From assembly GCA_019248165.1 (NCBI GenBank), contig JAEHHB010000001.1, forward strand, positions 1 through 42,641: DNA of 42,641 nt, written 5' to 3'. Below the pieces are notes generated by a model, which did no database searches, had not been told where the DNA came from, and worked only from the letters and a program-made list of their open reading frames with translations. Shown one piece after another: positions 28,684-37,578 of the stretch. Position 1 is the stretch's first letter. Each line of letters starts with the position of its first letter. A program made the translations under genes and the position numbers. This DNA is from Candidatus Shapirobacteria bacterium S2_F12 (GTDB taxonomy: Bacteria; Patescibacteriota; Microgenomatia; UBA12405).

Positions 28684-29960
28684 AACCATTAATAGAAATA
28701 AAGAATCTTAATGTTATTTACAATTTAGGTAAACTTAACGAGTTCACTGCTCTGAAAAATATTAATTTAGAAATTTATCCAGGTGAATATGTGACTTTTT
28801 TTGGGCCATCTGGATGTGGCAAGTCAACCTTACTTTACACTATTGCCGGACTTGAATTTCCAACATCTGGGGAGGTTATAATTGATCAAAAAAAACCACA
28901 TGAATTAACTAAACAAAAACTGGTTGATTTTCATCGGTACACAATTGGCATGGTTTTTCAGGCTTATTATCTAATTCCTCATCTTAATATTATCAACAAT
29001 GTTATGTTGCCTGAAATATTTTCTGGTACGGATGTTCATCAAAGAGTATTAAAGGCCGAAGAGTTAATGAAGCGTTTTGGTATCGAATCCTTAGCCAAAC
29101 GAAAACCTTCTCAATTGTCTGGTGGACAACAACAACGAGTTGCTATTGCTCGTGCGCTTGTAAATGATCCTCTAATTCTTTTGGCGGACGAACCAGTTGG
29201 AAATTTAGATTCTAAAAATTCTGAAATAGTCTTAAAACTACTTGATGATATTCATCAAAAAGAAAAAAAGACAATTATTCATGTTTCTCACAACCCCAAA
29301 GATTTACAGTATTCAGACCGAAATTTTTTCATGAAAGATGGCCAAATCGAAAGTATTGTTCAAAATAAAAGAGTTGACCGAAATTTATCAAGCAATGATG
29401 CTGACTCCCTCCTCAAGGCTTATCCGTATTTAGATAAAAGTGAAATAGAATCTAAGCTGATTTTAAATCATATTATTTCTGATTATTCCATTGAGACTCA
29501 ACAACAAATGGAGAAAACTATCACTCGTTTTATAAAAGGCGAGATTAGTGAAAAACAATTAATTAGTTTGTTCGATAAACCACTTGAAGATGGTGGTTTT
29601 AATCTTTACAGTCAAACAGCCAAACAAATTGGACAAAAAGTTCAACAACTAGTGAAAAACGTCAATATTGTAAACCAAGAGGTTAATACAGAGTCTGATT
29701 TGGAGAAAAGAGTTAAATTGATCAAGTCTTATTTAACAGAAAAATATAAATTAAAATTAAATTATGATCAATTTCAAAGATTGGAAGAATTTTTAACTGA
29801 CCGTTTTACCTTTAAGCTAACCGAAAATAGATTCAACCAAAAAATTGACCAACCTTGGAGTCAGGGAGGGTTAGGGTTAAATAGTTCAACAGTTAAAAAA
29901 ATTTGCAGGGAAATTAAACTTATTTTATTTAAAAAGAAATTTAGAGATAATGAGAGCTAA
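28680..29960 (+). CDS. ABC transporter ATP-binding protein (MacB/LolD-like) with a roughly 200-aa C-terminal extension of unknown function
   Basis: Walker [10 protein letters not shown], signature LSGGQQQR, Walker B LLADEP, H-loop VSHN. ATGA start overlaps the stop of the giant gene. Residues from about 226 to 426 have no ABC counterpart. Confidence 0.88.
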   Translation: MKPLIEIKNLNVIYNLGKLNEFTALKNINLEIYPGEYVTFFGPSGCGKSTLLYTIAGLEFPTSGEVIIDQKKPHELTKQKLVDFHRYTIGMVFQAYYLIPHLNIINNVMLPEIFSGTDVHQRVLKAEELMKRFGIESLAKRKPSQLSGGQQQRVAIARALVNDPLILLADEPVGNLDSKNSEIVLKLLDDIHQKEKKTIIHVSHNPKDLQYSDRNFFMKDGQIESIVQNKRVDRNLSSNDADSLLKAYPYLDKSEIESKLILNHIISDYSIETQQQMEKTITRFIKGEISEKQLISLFDKPLEDGGFNLYSQTAKQIGQKVQQLVKNVNIVNQEVNTESDLEKRVKLIKSYLTEKYKLKLNYDQFQRLEEFLTDRFTFKLTENRFNQKIDQPWSQGGLGLNSSTVKKICREIKLILFKKKFRDNES

Positions 29961-31152
29961 AGATTTAATTGAAATCAGTTTACAAAATTTTAAAAATAGA
30001 AAATCAAGAATTTTCTTTACAATTTTAGGTGTATCTGTTGCTATTGGAGCAGTATTATTTTTAGTTTCATTTGGTTATGGATTACAAGCAAGTTTACTTG
30101 AAAAAATTACAACTACAGATTCTCTTCTGAGCCTTGACGTCATGTCTCCTGATTCCGAATTGATTAAACTAGACCAAGATACTTTAAACAAAATTTCTTC
30201 CATCAAGCATGTTGATAAAATAAGCCCTTATGTTGCCTACGCTGGTAATTTAACTATAAATGATCTTACTTCAGAAGCTATGGTTAATATTATCGATAGC
30301 AATTATTTAAAGTTTGACGGTATCACTCCAAAAATTGGTCGAAACTTTGAATCATCTGATGTAAATAAAGTTATTGTCAACAAAAGTGTTGCCGATCTTT
30401 TTAATCTCAATGGTAGTGATTTAATTGGTAAAAAAATTAAAGCCACAGTATTTATCCCCGAAATTGACGGTGAAAGTATGGTTGAAGAAGTTAAAGCTTT
30501 AGATTTAGAAAAAGATTTTGAAATTATTGGGGTTATCGAAGACGCTAATACTCAAGCTTGTCTTTTTATTCAAAAAAATGATGTTGTTCTGACAATTAAC
30601 GAATACAGCTCAGTTAAAGTTAAGATTGATAATGAATCAAACCTTAATACATCTAGAGAAGTCCTAACCTCTATGGGTTTTTTAGTTTCAGCTCTTTCCG
30701 ATACTATCGATCAAGCTAATAAAATTTTTGGAATAATTCAAATAGTTCTTGGTGTTTTTGGTACGGTCGCACTTATAGTTGCTGCAATTGGACTAATTAA
30801 CACAATGACAATTTCTTTACTTGAAAGGACAAATGAAATTGGTATTATGCGAGCCATTGGTGCTTCCCCGAGTGATGTAATGTGGTTATTCTTAGGGGAG
30901 TCTCTAATGATTGGTTTCTTGGGAGGGTTTAGTGGTATTTTATTGGGTGTAATCCTTAGTCAATTATTCCAAATGATTATTAATCTTTTGTCTCGTAGTC
31001 TAGGTGGTGAAGCTCTAAATCTTTTTTCTTACCCACTGTGGTTTATGTTTTTTATCATAATTCTGTCTACTTCAGTCGGGTTAATTGGTGGTTTATTCCC
31101 AGCTCGTCGTGCTGCTAAACTCAACCCTCTCGATGCTTTAAGGTATAAATAA
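29950..31152 (+). CDS. ABC transporter permease, MacB/FtsX-like (4 TM with a large extracytoplasmic domain)
   Basis: N-terminus LQNFKNRKSRIFFTILGVSVAIGAVLF. C-terminal FtsX domain LLERTNEIGIMRAIGAS...FPARRAAKLNPLDALRY. Overlaps the ATPase gene by 11 nt. Confidence 0.88.
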   Translation: MRAKDLIEISLQNFKNRKSRIFFTILGVSVAIGAVLFLVSFGYGLQASLLEKITTTDSLLSLDVMSPDSELIKLDQDTLNKISSIKHVDKISPYVAYAGNLTINDLTSEAMVNIIDSNYLKFDGITPKIGRNFESSDVNKVIVNKSVADLFNLNGSDLIGKKIKATVFIPEIDGESMVEEVKALDLEKDFEIIGVIEDANTQACLFIQKNDVVLTINEYSSVKVKIDNESNLNTSREVLTSMGFLVSALSDTIDQANKIFGIIQIVLGVFGTVALIVAAIGLINTMTISLLERTNEIGIMRAIGASPSDVMWLFLGESLMIGFLGGFSGILLGVILSQLFQMIINLLSRSLGGEALNLFSYPLWFMFFIIILSTSVGLIGGLFPARRAAKLNPLDALRYK

Positions 31153-31226
31153 AAAACAAGACTTCTTTTCCAAGCCTTATTCGATATTACATTTGTGACA
31201 TCCCTATCTTGATAAATAAAAAAAAG

Positions 31227-31300
31227 TCGGGGATACAGGATTTGAACCTGCAGCCTCACGGACCCCATCCGTGCGCGCTAGCCAATTGCGCCAATCCCCG
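31227..31300 (-). tRNA. tRNA-Pro (anticodon GGG), CCA not encoded
   Basis: The reverse complement CGGGGAU-UG-GCGC-AAUUGGCUA-GCGC-G-CACGG-AUGGGGU-CCGUG-AGGCU-GCAGG-UUCAAAU-CCUGU-AUCCCCG-A folds as a 74-nt cloverleaf. The anticodon loop AU-GGG-GU gives anticodon GGG. A T-tract follows on the minus strand. Confidence 0.9.
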
Positions 31301-31432
31301 AAGTACTAGCTATTTTACTCATATTATATTAATTTTACTAGGTCTTCGTCTTTTGTTCGTGTTTTGATACCTTGACTTGATATAGTCAACTTTGTTATCA
31401 ATATACTTGTTATCAATAAAATTTTAAATATT

Positions 31433-32518
31433 ATGAAAAAGAAAAAAGAAGTTCAAAAAGGTTCTCCTGTTGGCGGTAATCAAAGTCAAAAAAATGAAGC
31501 TATTCGAGTTGCTATGGAGCAAATTACTAAAGCTTATGGTGATGGTGCCATTATGAAAATGGGAGAAAAACGGGCTGATATGACTGTCGAAGTTATCCCA
31601 ACTGGCTGTTTACCTTTAGATATTGCCCTTGGCGTGGGTGGCTTGCCTCGTGGACGAGTCACAGAAATTTTTGGCCCCGAAGCTTCTGGTAAAACAACTG
31701 TATGTTTGCATGTAGTTGCTGAGGCTCAAAAAATGGGTGGAACCTGTGCTTTTATTGACGTAGAACACGCTCTTGACCCTACTCGCGCTGCTACTGTTGG
31801 TGTCAATCTTGATAGTCTTTTAATTTCACAACCTGATAATGGTGAACAAGCTTTAGAAATAGTTGAAACCTTGGTTCGCTCAAACGCAGTCGACGTAATT
31901 GTGGTCGACTCAGTTGCTGCTTTGGTTCCCAAAGCCGAAATCGAAGGTGAAATGGGGGACTCGATGATGGGTGTCCAAGCTCGTCTTATGTCTCAAGCTC
32001 TCCGAAAACTTACTGGTGCCATTTCCAAATCAAAAACAGTTGTTATTTTTACCAATCAGATCCGTCAAAAAATCGGCGTTATGTTTGGCAACCCTGAAAC
32101 TACTCCTGGTGGATTAGCTCTAAAATTTTATTCATCAGTCAGAATTGATTTACGGAAAATTGCCAATATTAAAACTTCTTCAGGTGATCCTATTGGTTCT
32201 CAACACCGAGCTCGAATCATCAAAAACAAAATTGCACCACCTTTTAAAGAGTGTGAGTTTGATATTATGAATACCGAGGGGATTTCTGTATTTGGCGGAC
32301 TAGTAGACTTGGCTGTTCAATATGGGTTTGTTGTAAAATCTGGCGCTTTCTTTAAAATTGGTGACCAAAATATCCAAGGTCGGGAAGGTGTAAAAAAACA
32401 TTTCAAAGAAAATCCCAAAACGGCCAAAGAATATCGAGATAAGATATGGGAAAAAGTTCAAAATGCAGCTGAGGCTGACAATTCTTCAAAATCTTCTAAA
32501 GAAGACGACCAAGAGTAA
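31433..32518 (+). CDS. recA: Recombinase RecA
   Basis: [65 protein letters not shown]. Confidence 0.98.
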   Translation: MKKKKEVQKGSPVGGNQSQKNEAIRVAMEQITKAYGDGAIMKMGEKRADMTVEVIPTGCLPLDIALGVGGLPRGRVTEIFGPEASGKTTVCLHVVAEAQKMGGTCAFIDVEHALDPTRAATVGVNLDSLLISQPDNGEQALEIVETLVRSNAVDVIVVDSVAALVPKAEIEGEMGDSMMGVQARLMSQALRKLTGAISKSKTVVIFTNQIRQKIGVMFGNPETTPGGLALKFYSSVRIDLRKIANIKTSSGDPIGSQHRARIIKNKIAPPFKECEFDIMNTEGISVFGGLVDLAVQYGFVVKSGAFFKIGDQNIQGREGVKKHFKENPKTAKEYRDKIWEKVQNAAEADNSSKSSKEDDQE

Positions 32519-33159
32519 TGATTTCTATTGTCAATATAAAAACTAGCCGGATAAAAAATCGAGTCAATCTCGTTTTTTCAGATAAAAACTATTTACCATT
32601 TTTTATCGACGACATAGTTCGCTTGTCGCTTGTCAAAAACCAAGAACTAAATTTAGAAGTCATGGAAAAAATTAAATTTCTTTCACTTCTTTATTTAGGT
32701 AAAGAATATGCCTTACGTCAGGTCGCTATCTCACCAAAAACTGAAAAAGTTTTATTTTATAAACTAAAAAATTTCTTAAAAAGAACAACTCATAAATTTA
32801 ATTTATTATCAGGAACCAATATTGATTTGGTCGCTCGCCAAATAATCGACGAATTAAAAAACAAAAAATTTTTAGACGAATCAGATTTTGTTGATTATTT
32901 TATTAAAAAAAACAAATCTAAATCAATCGTTCAAATTAAGTATTTATTACAGCAACAAGGGGTAGATGTCTCTAAATTTAAAATTTCTTCAACAAACGAA
33001 GTAGAAACTATAAAAAATTTTTTAATCAAAAAGAAGTTTGATCAAAACTTATTATCCGATTACAACTATAAAAACAAACTCTATGCTTCACTTTTTCGCA
33101 AAGGCTTCTCTGTTTCTACAATAAAAACTGCGATTGACGAATATCTCTCTTTACAGTAA
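32518..33159 (+). CDS. recX: Regulatory protein RecX (tentative)
   Basis: 213-aa helical repeat protein immediately downstream of recA with an ATGA overlap. The pattern L.KKGF....I is RecX-like. Assigned mainly from position and size. Confidence 0.6.
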   Translation: MISIVNIKTSRIKNRVNLVFSDKNYLPFFIDDIVRLSLVKNQELNLEVMEKIKFLSLLYLGKEYALRQVAISPKTEKVLFYKLKNFLKRTTHKFNLLSGTNIDLVARQIIDELKNKKFLDESDFVDYFIKKNKSKSIVQIKYLLQQQGVDVSKFKISSTNEVETIKNFLIKKKFDQNLLSDYNYKNKLYASLFRKGFSVSTIKTAIDEYLSLQ

Positions 33160-33303
33160 AATATACTGACTTTTAATTATACTTATTAATTATTAAATTA
33201 AATTTTTATACTTTTTATTTGTACACTCAATATGTTAGTTAAGTTTTCAATTTCGGCGTCTTTATAGGTATTTTTGTGTCATAAAAAGTAATTGGAGGTT
33301 TAC

Positions 33304-34890
33304 ATGTTAGATTTTTTCCTTACGAAAGTTAAGGGTCTTTTTTCTGCCCCTGTTGATAATTCGAAAACATCAAAAAAAGAAAAAAATATTACAAAAAGTA
33401 GTAGCAAGACAGTTGTTAGCCAGCCGACCGAGGAATCAAATGACGAAAAGAATCGGGTAGTTTTTTCCCCTACCAAAATTGCCCCGCCAGCAACCGTTGT
33501 AGATACTTCAAGAATTGAAGCCCAAATTGAAGCTTCATTGCAAAACGCCAAAAAAATTGAATCTGAGGCCAAAGCCAAAGAATCAGAAATTTTTAGAAGA
33601 TTAACTTCTCTTGATGAAAAAGAACGTTATTTAATCCAAAAAGAAAAATCATTAGATCAACAATCTTTAGACTTAAAAAAGAAACTCGACAGTGTTGATG
33701 ACCTATATCGAAAACAATTGGACAAATTAGAGGCTATTTCTGGCCTAGATGTCGAAAAGGCTAAAAAATTAGTCATAAGTAGCACTGAGAAAAAAATGGT
33801 TAGTTGGATTGCCAAAAAAATCGAAGAAGCCAAAGATGAAATACGTCAAAAAGAAGAGGAAATTACCAAAGAAATTATTGTCGACAATATTCGTCATGGT
33901 TTGACTGATTATGTAGCTGAATACACAGTTTCAACTATTTCTTTGCCAGACGAAACCGTAAAAGGGAAAATTATTGGTAGGGAAGGTCGCAATATTAGAG
34001 CTTTTGAAAAGGCTACTGGTGTTGAATTGGAGCTTGATGAAACCAATGATATCCGAATCTCTTCATTTGATTCAACTAGACGTGAAATTGCTCGTTTATC
34101 ACTTGAAAAATTAGTTAAAGACGGCCGAATTCAACCTCTCAAAATCGAACAAATTGTTGCCCAAACAAAGACTGAAATCGACAAAATTTTAATCAATGAA
34201 GGCAAGAGAATCTGTCAAGAGGTCGGCGCATTTAATTTACCTATCGACTTGATGAAAGAAATTGGAAAGTATAAATTTAGATTTTCATATGGTCAAAATT
34301 TAGCCAAGCACACTATTGAAGCAACCAAAATTGCTCTAGGAATCGCTTATGAATTAAAAGCCGACATCAACACTGTCAGATTAGGTGCATTACTTCATGA
34401 TATTGGTAAAGTAGTTGCTGATCAGGAGGGTACACACGTTGATTTAGGAATTGATTTACTTAGAAAATATAAAATCAGCGATAAAATTATTAACTGTGTT
34501 GCCGAACACCATGAAGATAAAGAGTTTTCCTCGGTTGAGTCGGTCATCGTGTATATTGGAGATGCTGCTTCTGGTGCTCGACCTGGGGCTCGTTATGAAG
34601 TTCATGAAGAGTATTTAAAAAGGATGAAGAATATTGAAGAGGTGGCCAAAGCCTTCCCGGGTGTTATTAGTGTGGCTGCTTATCAAGCTGGTAGAGAAGT
34701 GGTTGTAATTGTGGAACCATCAATGGTTTCAGATTCCGAGTCAGAAGTTTTAAGTCAAAATATTGCCGAAAAATTGGAAGAAGAAGCCAAATGGGCTGGT
34801 CAAATAAAGGTTACCGTAATTCGTGAGCTGAGAGTGAACAGTATTATTACTGGTAATAAAATCAACAAAAATGCGGTAAAAGATGACTAA
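33304..34890 (+). CDS. rny: Ribonuclease Y
   Basis: Coiled-coil N-terminal half. KH domain GKIIGREGRNIRAFEKATGVELELDE. HD domain LGALLHDIGK...AEHH. GGAGG SD at 33294-33298 supports the ATG at 33304 rather than the TTG at 33292. Confidence 0.92.
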   Translation: MLDFFLTKVKGLFSAPVDNSKTSKKEKNITKSSSKTVVSQPTEESNDEKNRVVFSPTKIAPPATVVDTSRIEAQIEASLQNAKKIESEAKAKESEIFRRLTSLDEKERYLIQKEKSLDQQSLDLKKKLDSVDDLYRKQLDKLEAISGLDVEKAKKLVISSTEKKMVSWIAKKIEEAKDEIRQKEEEITKEIIVDNIRHGLTDYVAEYTVSTISLPDETVKGKIIGREGRNIRAFEKATGVELELDETNDIRISSFDSTRREIARLSLEKLVKDGRIQPLKIEQIVAQTKTEIDKILINEGKRICQEVGAFNLPIDLMKEIGKYKFRFSYGQNLAKHTIEATKIALGIAYELKADINTVRLGALLHDIGKVVADQEGTHVDLGIDLLRKYKISDKIINCVAEHHEDKEFSSVESVIVYIGDAASGARPGARYEVHEEYLKRMKNIEEVAKAFPGVISVAAYQAGREVVVIVEPSMVSDSESEVLSQNIAEKLEEEAKWAGQIKVTVIRELRVNSIITGNKINKNAVKDD

Positions 34891-34955
34891 AATCACTTGC
34901 ATTTTCCAATAAATTCGTTATTATTAAAATAATTATTAATTAAAAATAATAAAAA

Positions 34956-35228
34956 ATGACCAAAAAAGATCTTATCGAATCAGTGTCCCAAAAAGCTAAG
35001 CTTAGTAAAAAAGCTGCCAAACAAGCAGTCGAAACTTTCCTCAGTGAAATTATGAAAACACTCGCCAATGGCGAAACTGTTAAATTGTCTGGTTTTGGAA
35101 CATTCAAAACCAAAATGTTCAAAGCTAAAACCATTAAAGCTATCAATTCAAAAGAAGCCAAAAAAATTGTTGCCCGAAGAATGCCTCGCTACATTCCTGG
35201 TACCAAAATCAAGAAAATGGTCAAATAA
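34956..35228 (+). CDS. hup: DNA-binding protein HU/IHF family
   Basis: MTKKDLIESVSQKAKLSKKAAKQAVETFLSEI...GETVKLSGFGTFKTK...IPGTK. 90 aa. Confidence 0.92.
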   Translation: MTKKDLIESVSQKAKLSKKAAKQAVETFLSEIMKTLANGETVKLSGFGTFKTKMFKAKTIKAINSKEAKKIVARRMPRYIPGTKIKKMVK

Positions 35229-35247
35229 TTTCACTTTTGAAATTTTT

Positions 35248-35278
35248 AAAGCTCTCCGATATTTCGGAGAGCTTTTTG
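35248..35278 (+). terminator. Rho-independent terminator after hup
   Basis: AAAGCUCUCCGA-UAUU-UCGGAGAGCUUU, a perfect stem of 9 bp or more followed by a U-tract (35273-35277). Confidence 0.8.
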
Positions 35279-35293
35279 TTGATACAATACACC

Positions 35294-35995
35294 ATGAGAG
35301 ATATAAAAAACCTTGAATCAAAAATTATTGATGGAATAAAAAAATATGTCGGTAAAAAAAATGTTTTTATAGGTATTTCTGGAGGTATAGATTCAGCTCT
35401 TACTGCTTTTTTATGTGTCAAGGCGTTAGGGAATAAGAGGGTTTTTGGTATTTTGATGCCATACGGTCGTCAGTCAGATATCCTTGATTCATTTTCTGTG
35501 GTCAAACAACTAAATATAAAATATTATCAAAAAGACATTAAACCTATAGTTGATAAATATAAAATTTCTCCTAACAAATTTGTCTTGGCCAATTTAATGT
35601 CTCGTACAAGAATGGCTATACTTTATGCTTATGCCAATCATAAAAACGGATTAGTTATTGGTACTACCAACAAGTCAGAGATGTCTATCGGGTACTATAC
35701 AAAATTTGGCGATGGTGGCTGTGACCTTGAGCCGATTGCTGATTTGTATAAATCAGAGGTTTATGAACTTTCAAAAATTTTAAATATCCCCCAAAAAATA
35801 ATTGATAAGCAACCGACCGCTGGTCTGTGGCCAAATCAAACAGATGAAAACGAATTTGGTTTCACATATAACCAACTAGACAGATTTTTACAAGGTAAGC
35901 ACACTGACCCAGAAGCTGAAGTTAAAATTCAAGATTTAATAAAAAATTCCGAACATAAGCGTAAACTTCCTCAGATAATTTCAGTTCAACAATGA
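35294..35995 (+). CDS. nadE: NH3-dependent NAD+ synthetase
   Basis: PP-loop GISGGIDSALTA. TTNKSEMSIGYYTKFGDGG. PTAGLW. The start is moved to the ATG at 35294 because the ORF-track start at 35237 runs through the hup terminator. Confidence 0.9.
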   Translation: MRDIKNLESKIIDGIKKYVGKKNVFIGISGGIDSALTAFLCVKALGNKRVFGILMPYGRQSDILDSFSVVKQLNIKYYQKDIKPIVDKYKISPNKFVLANLMSRTRMAILYAYANHKNGLVIGTTNKSEMSIGYYTKFGDGGCDLEPIADLYKSEVYELSKILNIPQKIIDKQPTAGLWPNQTDENEFGFTYNQLDRFLQGKHTDPEAEVKIQDLIKNSEHKRKLPQIISVQQ

Positions 35996-36498
35996 AAACA
36001 AAAAAGGAATTTGGTTTAATCATCGGCCGTTTCCAGCCTCCCTGTCTTCATCATCTCCAATTTATTAATCAAGTAATTAAATCCGGAATCAAAAAATTAT
36101 TAATCGGTATTGGTGACGCTGAGATTATCGATGATAAAAATTTTCTGACCGCCAAACAGGTAGAATCTCTTCTAATTCCCAATCTAAATATTTTAAATTT
36201 TCCTTACGAACTAAAAATTATTCCAGATATTCACAACCCCCCAAAATATGCCAAACACGTCAAAAGTTATTTCCCGTTAATAAACGAATCCAACACCTGT
36301 CTTTTTACTGACAATAACTACACCTCTGATTGTTTTAATAATTATGGTCATAATTTTGAAATTATTACTCCAAAAATTCTACCAATCCGTGCCACCAATA
36401 TCCGTCAAATGATTTTAGACCAAAATTATCAATGGCAAAACTTAGTCCCTGTAAATGTATTTGATTTTATTACCAATAATAAGCCTAAATTTTGGTAA
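35992..36498 (+). CDS. Nicotinamide-nucleotide adenylyltransferase-like protein (archaeal NadM type) with a divergent HxGH motif
   Basis: GLIIGRFQPPCLHHLQFI aligns with the GRxQPFHxGH signature of the cytidylyltransferase superfamily. ATGA overlap with nadE. Confidence 0.6.
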   Translation: MKTKKEFGLIIGRFQPPCLHHLQFINQVIKSGIKKLLIGIGDAEIIDDKNFLTAKQVESLLIPNLNILNFPYELKIIPDIHNPPKYAKHVKSYFPLINESNTCLFTDNNYTSDCFNNYGHNFEIITPKILPIRATNIRQMILDQNYQWQNLVPVNVFDFITNNKPKFW

Positions 36499-36507
36499 AA
36501 TAGACTT

Positions 36508-37578
36508 ATGAAATTATCTATCGGAATTGTTGGGCTACCCAATGTTGGCAAGTCAACACTTTTCAATGCTTTATTGGGCAAGCAAGTTGCTGACGCTAGT
36601 AATTATCCTTTTTGTACCATCGATCCAAATGTTGGCGTGGTTGAAGTTCCTGACGAAAAATTGCCTGTTCTGGCAAACATAGTTAAAACAGATAAAATTG
36701 TTCCTGCTGCAGTAGAATTTGTGGATATTGCTGGACTGGTTAAAGGAGCTTCACAAGGCGAAGGTCTGGGTAATAAATTTTTAACCAATATTCGTGATTG
36801 CGACGCTATTTGTCATGTAATAAGGGCTTTTTCTGATACTAATATTATTAAAGAGGGCTCTATCGATCCTCAGAATGATTTTGAAGTTATTTGTGCTGAA
36901 TTAATAATCAAAGATCTGGAAACGATTGATAAATTTATCTCAACTAATCAAAACAACCCCAAAGAAAAAAATAGTAAAAAATTTTTGTTAGCAAAAAGGC
37001 TTAAAAGCGAATTAGAAAAAGGCGTTTTAGCTGTCAATCTCCAATATGATGATGAAGAGAAAGATTTATTAAAAGAATTTTTTTTATTAACCACCAAACC
37101 ATATTTTATAGTTGCCAATGTTGACGAAAATACCTACATTGACATTAAAAATTTCAAATTAAAAATTTCAAATTGGGAAAGCGTGGTTCCTGTTTGTGCC
37201 AAAATTGAATTCGAATTATCTGAATTGTCTTCGGAAGAGCGACTTTCCTACCTCAAAGAATTGGGTGTTCAACAGTCCGGACTCGAACGAGTTATCCAAA
37301 AAGCCTATGAGACTCTTGGTCTTCAGTCTTATTACACTGCAGGCGTAAAAGAGGCCCGAGCGTGGACAATTAAAAAAGGTTCAACTGCCCCACAAGCTGC
37401 AGGAGCTATTCACACTGATTTTGAGAGAGGATTTATTATGGCAGAAATTATTTCGTATGGTGACTTCGTCAAACATAACGGCTGGTTGGGTGCAAAAGAG
37501 CTAGGACTTCTCCGCCACGAGGGTAAAGATTATATTATGCATCCCGACGACATCGTCGAATTTCGATTTAATGTTTAA
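36508..37578 (+). CDS. ychF: Ribosome-binding ATPase YchF
   Basis: [44 protein letters not shown]-terminal TGS-like domain [23 protein letters not shown]. Confidence 0.95.
   Translation: MKLSIGIVGLPNVGKSTLFNALLGKQVADASNYPFCTIDPNVGVVEVPDEKLPVLANIVKTDKIVPAAVEFVDIAGLVKGASQGEGLGNKFLTNIRDCDAICHVIRAFSDTNIIKEGSIDPQNDFEVICAELIIKDLETIDKFISTNQNNPKEKNSKKFLLAKRLKSELEKGVLAVNLQYDDEEKDLLKEFFLLTTKPYFIVANVDENTYIDIKNFKLKISNWESVVPVCAKIEFELSELSSEERLSYLKELGVQQSGLERVIQKAYETLGLQSYYTAGVKEARAWTIKKGSTAPQAAGAIHTDFERGFIMAEIISYGDFVKHNGWLGAKELGLLRHEGKDYIMHPDDIVEFRFNV

Noticed and set aside
31029-31268. 79-aa minus-strand ORF
   Set aside because: It overlaps both the permease 3' end and the tRNA-Pro gene. The tRNA cloverleaf explains the sequence.
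35237-35293. N-terminal extension of nadE as given in the ORF track. Similar extensions occur at 5987, 9381, 10455, 12865, 18578, 19443 and 33292.
   Set aside because: The extensions run through a terminator hairpin or overlap the preceding gene, and they use non-ATG or poorly placed starts. The internal ATGs reproduce the canonical family N-termini and have better SD or spacing.
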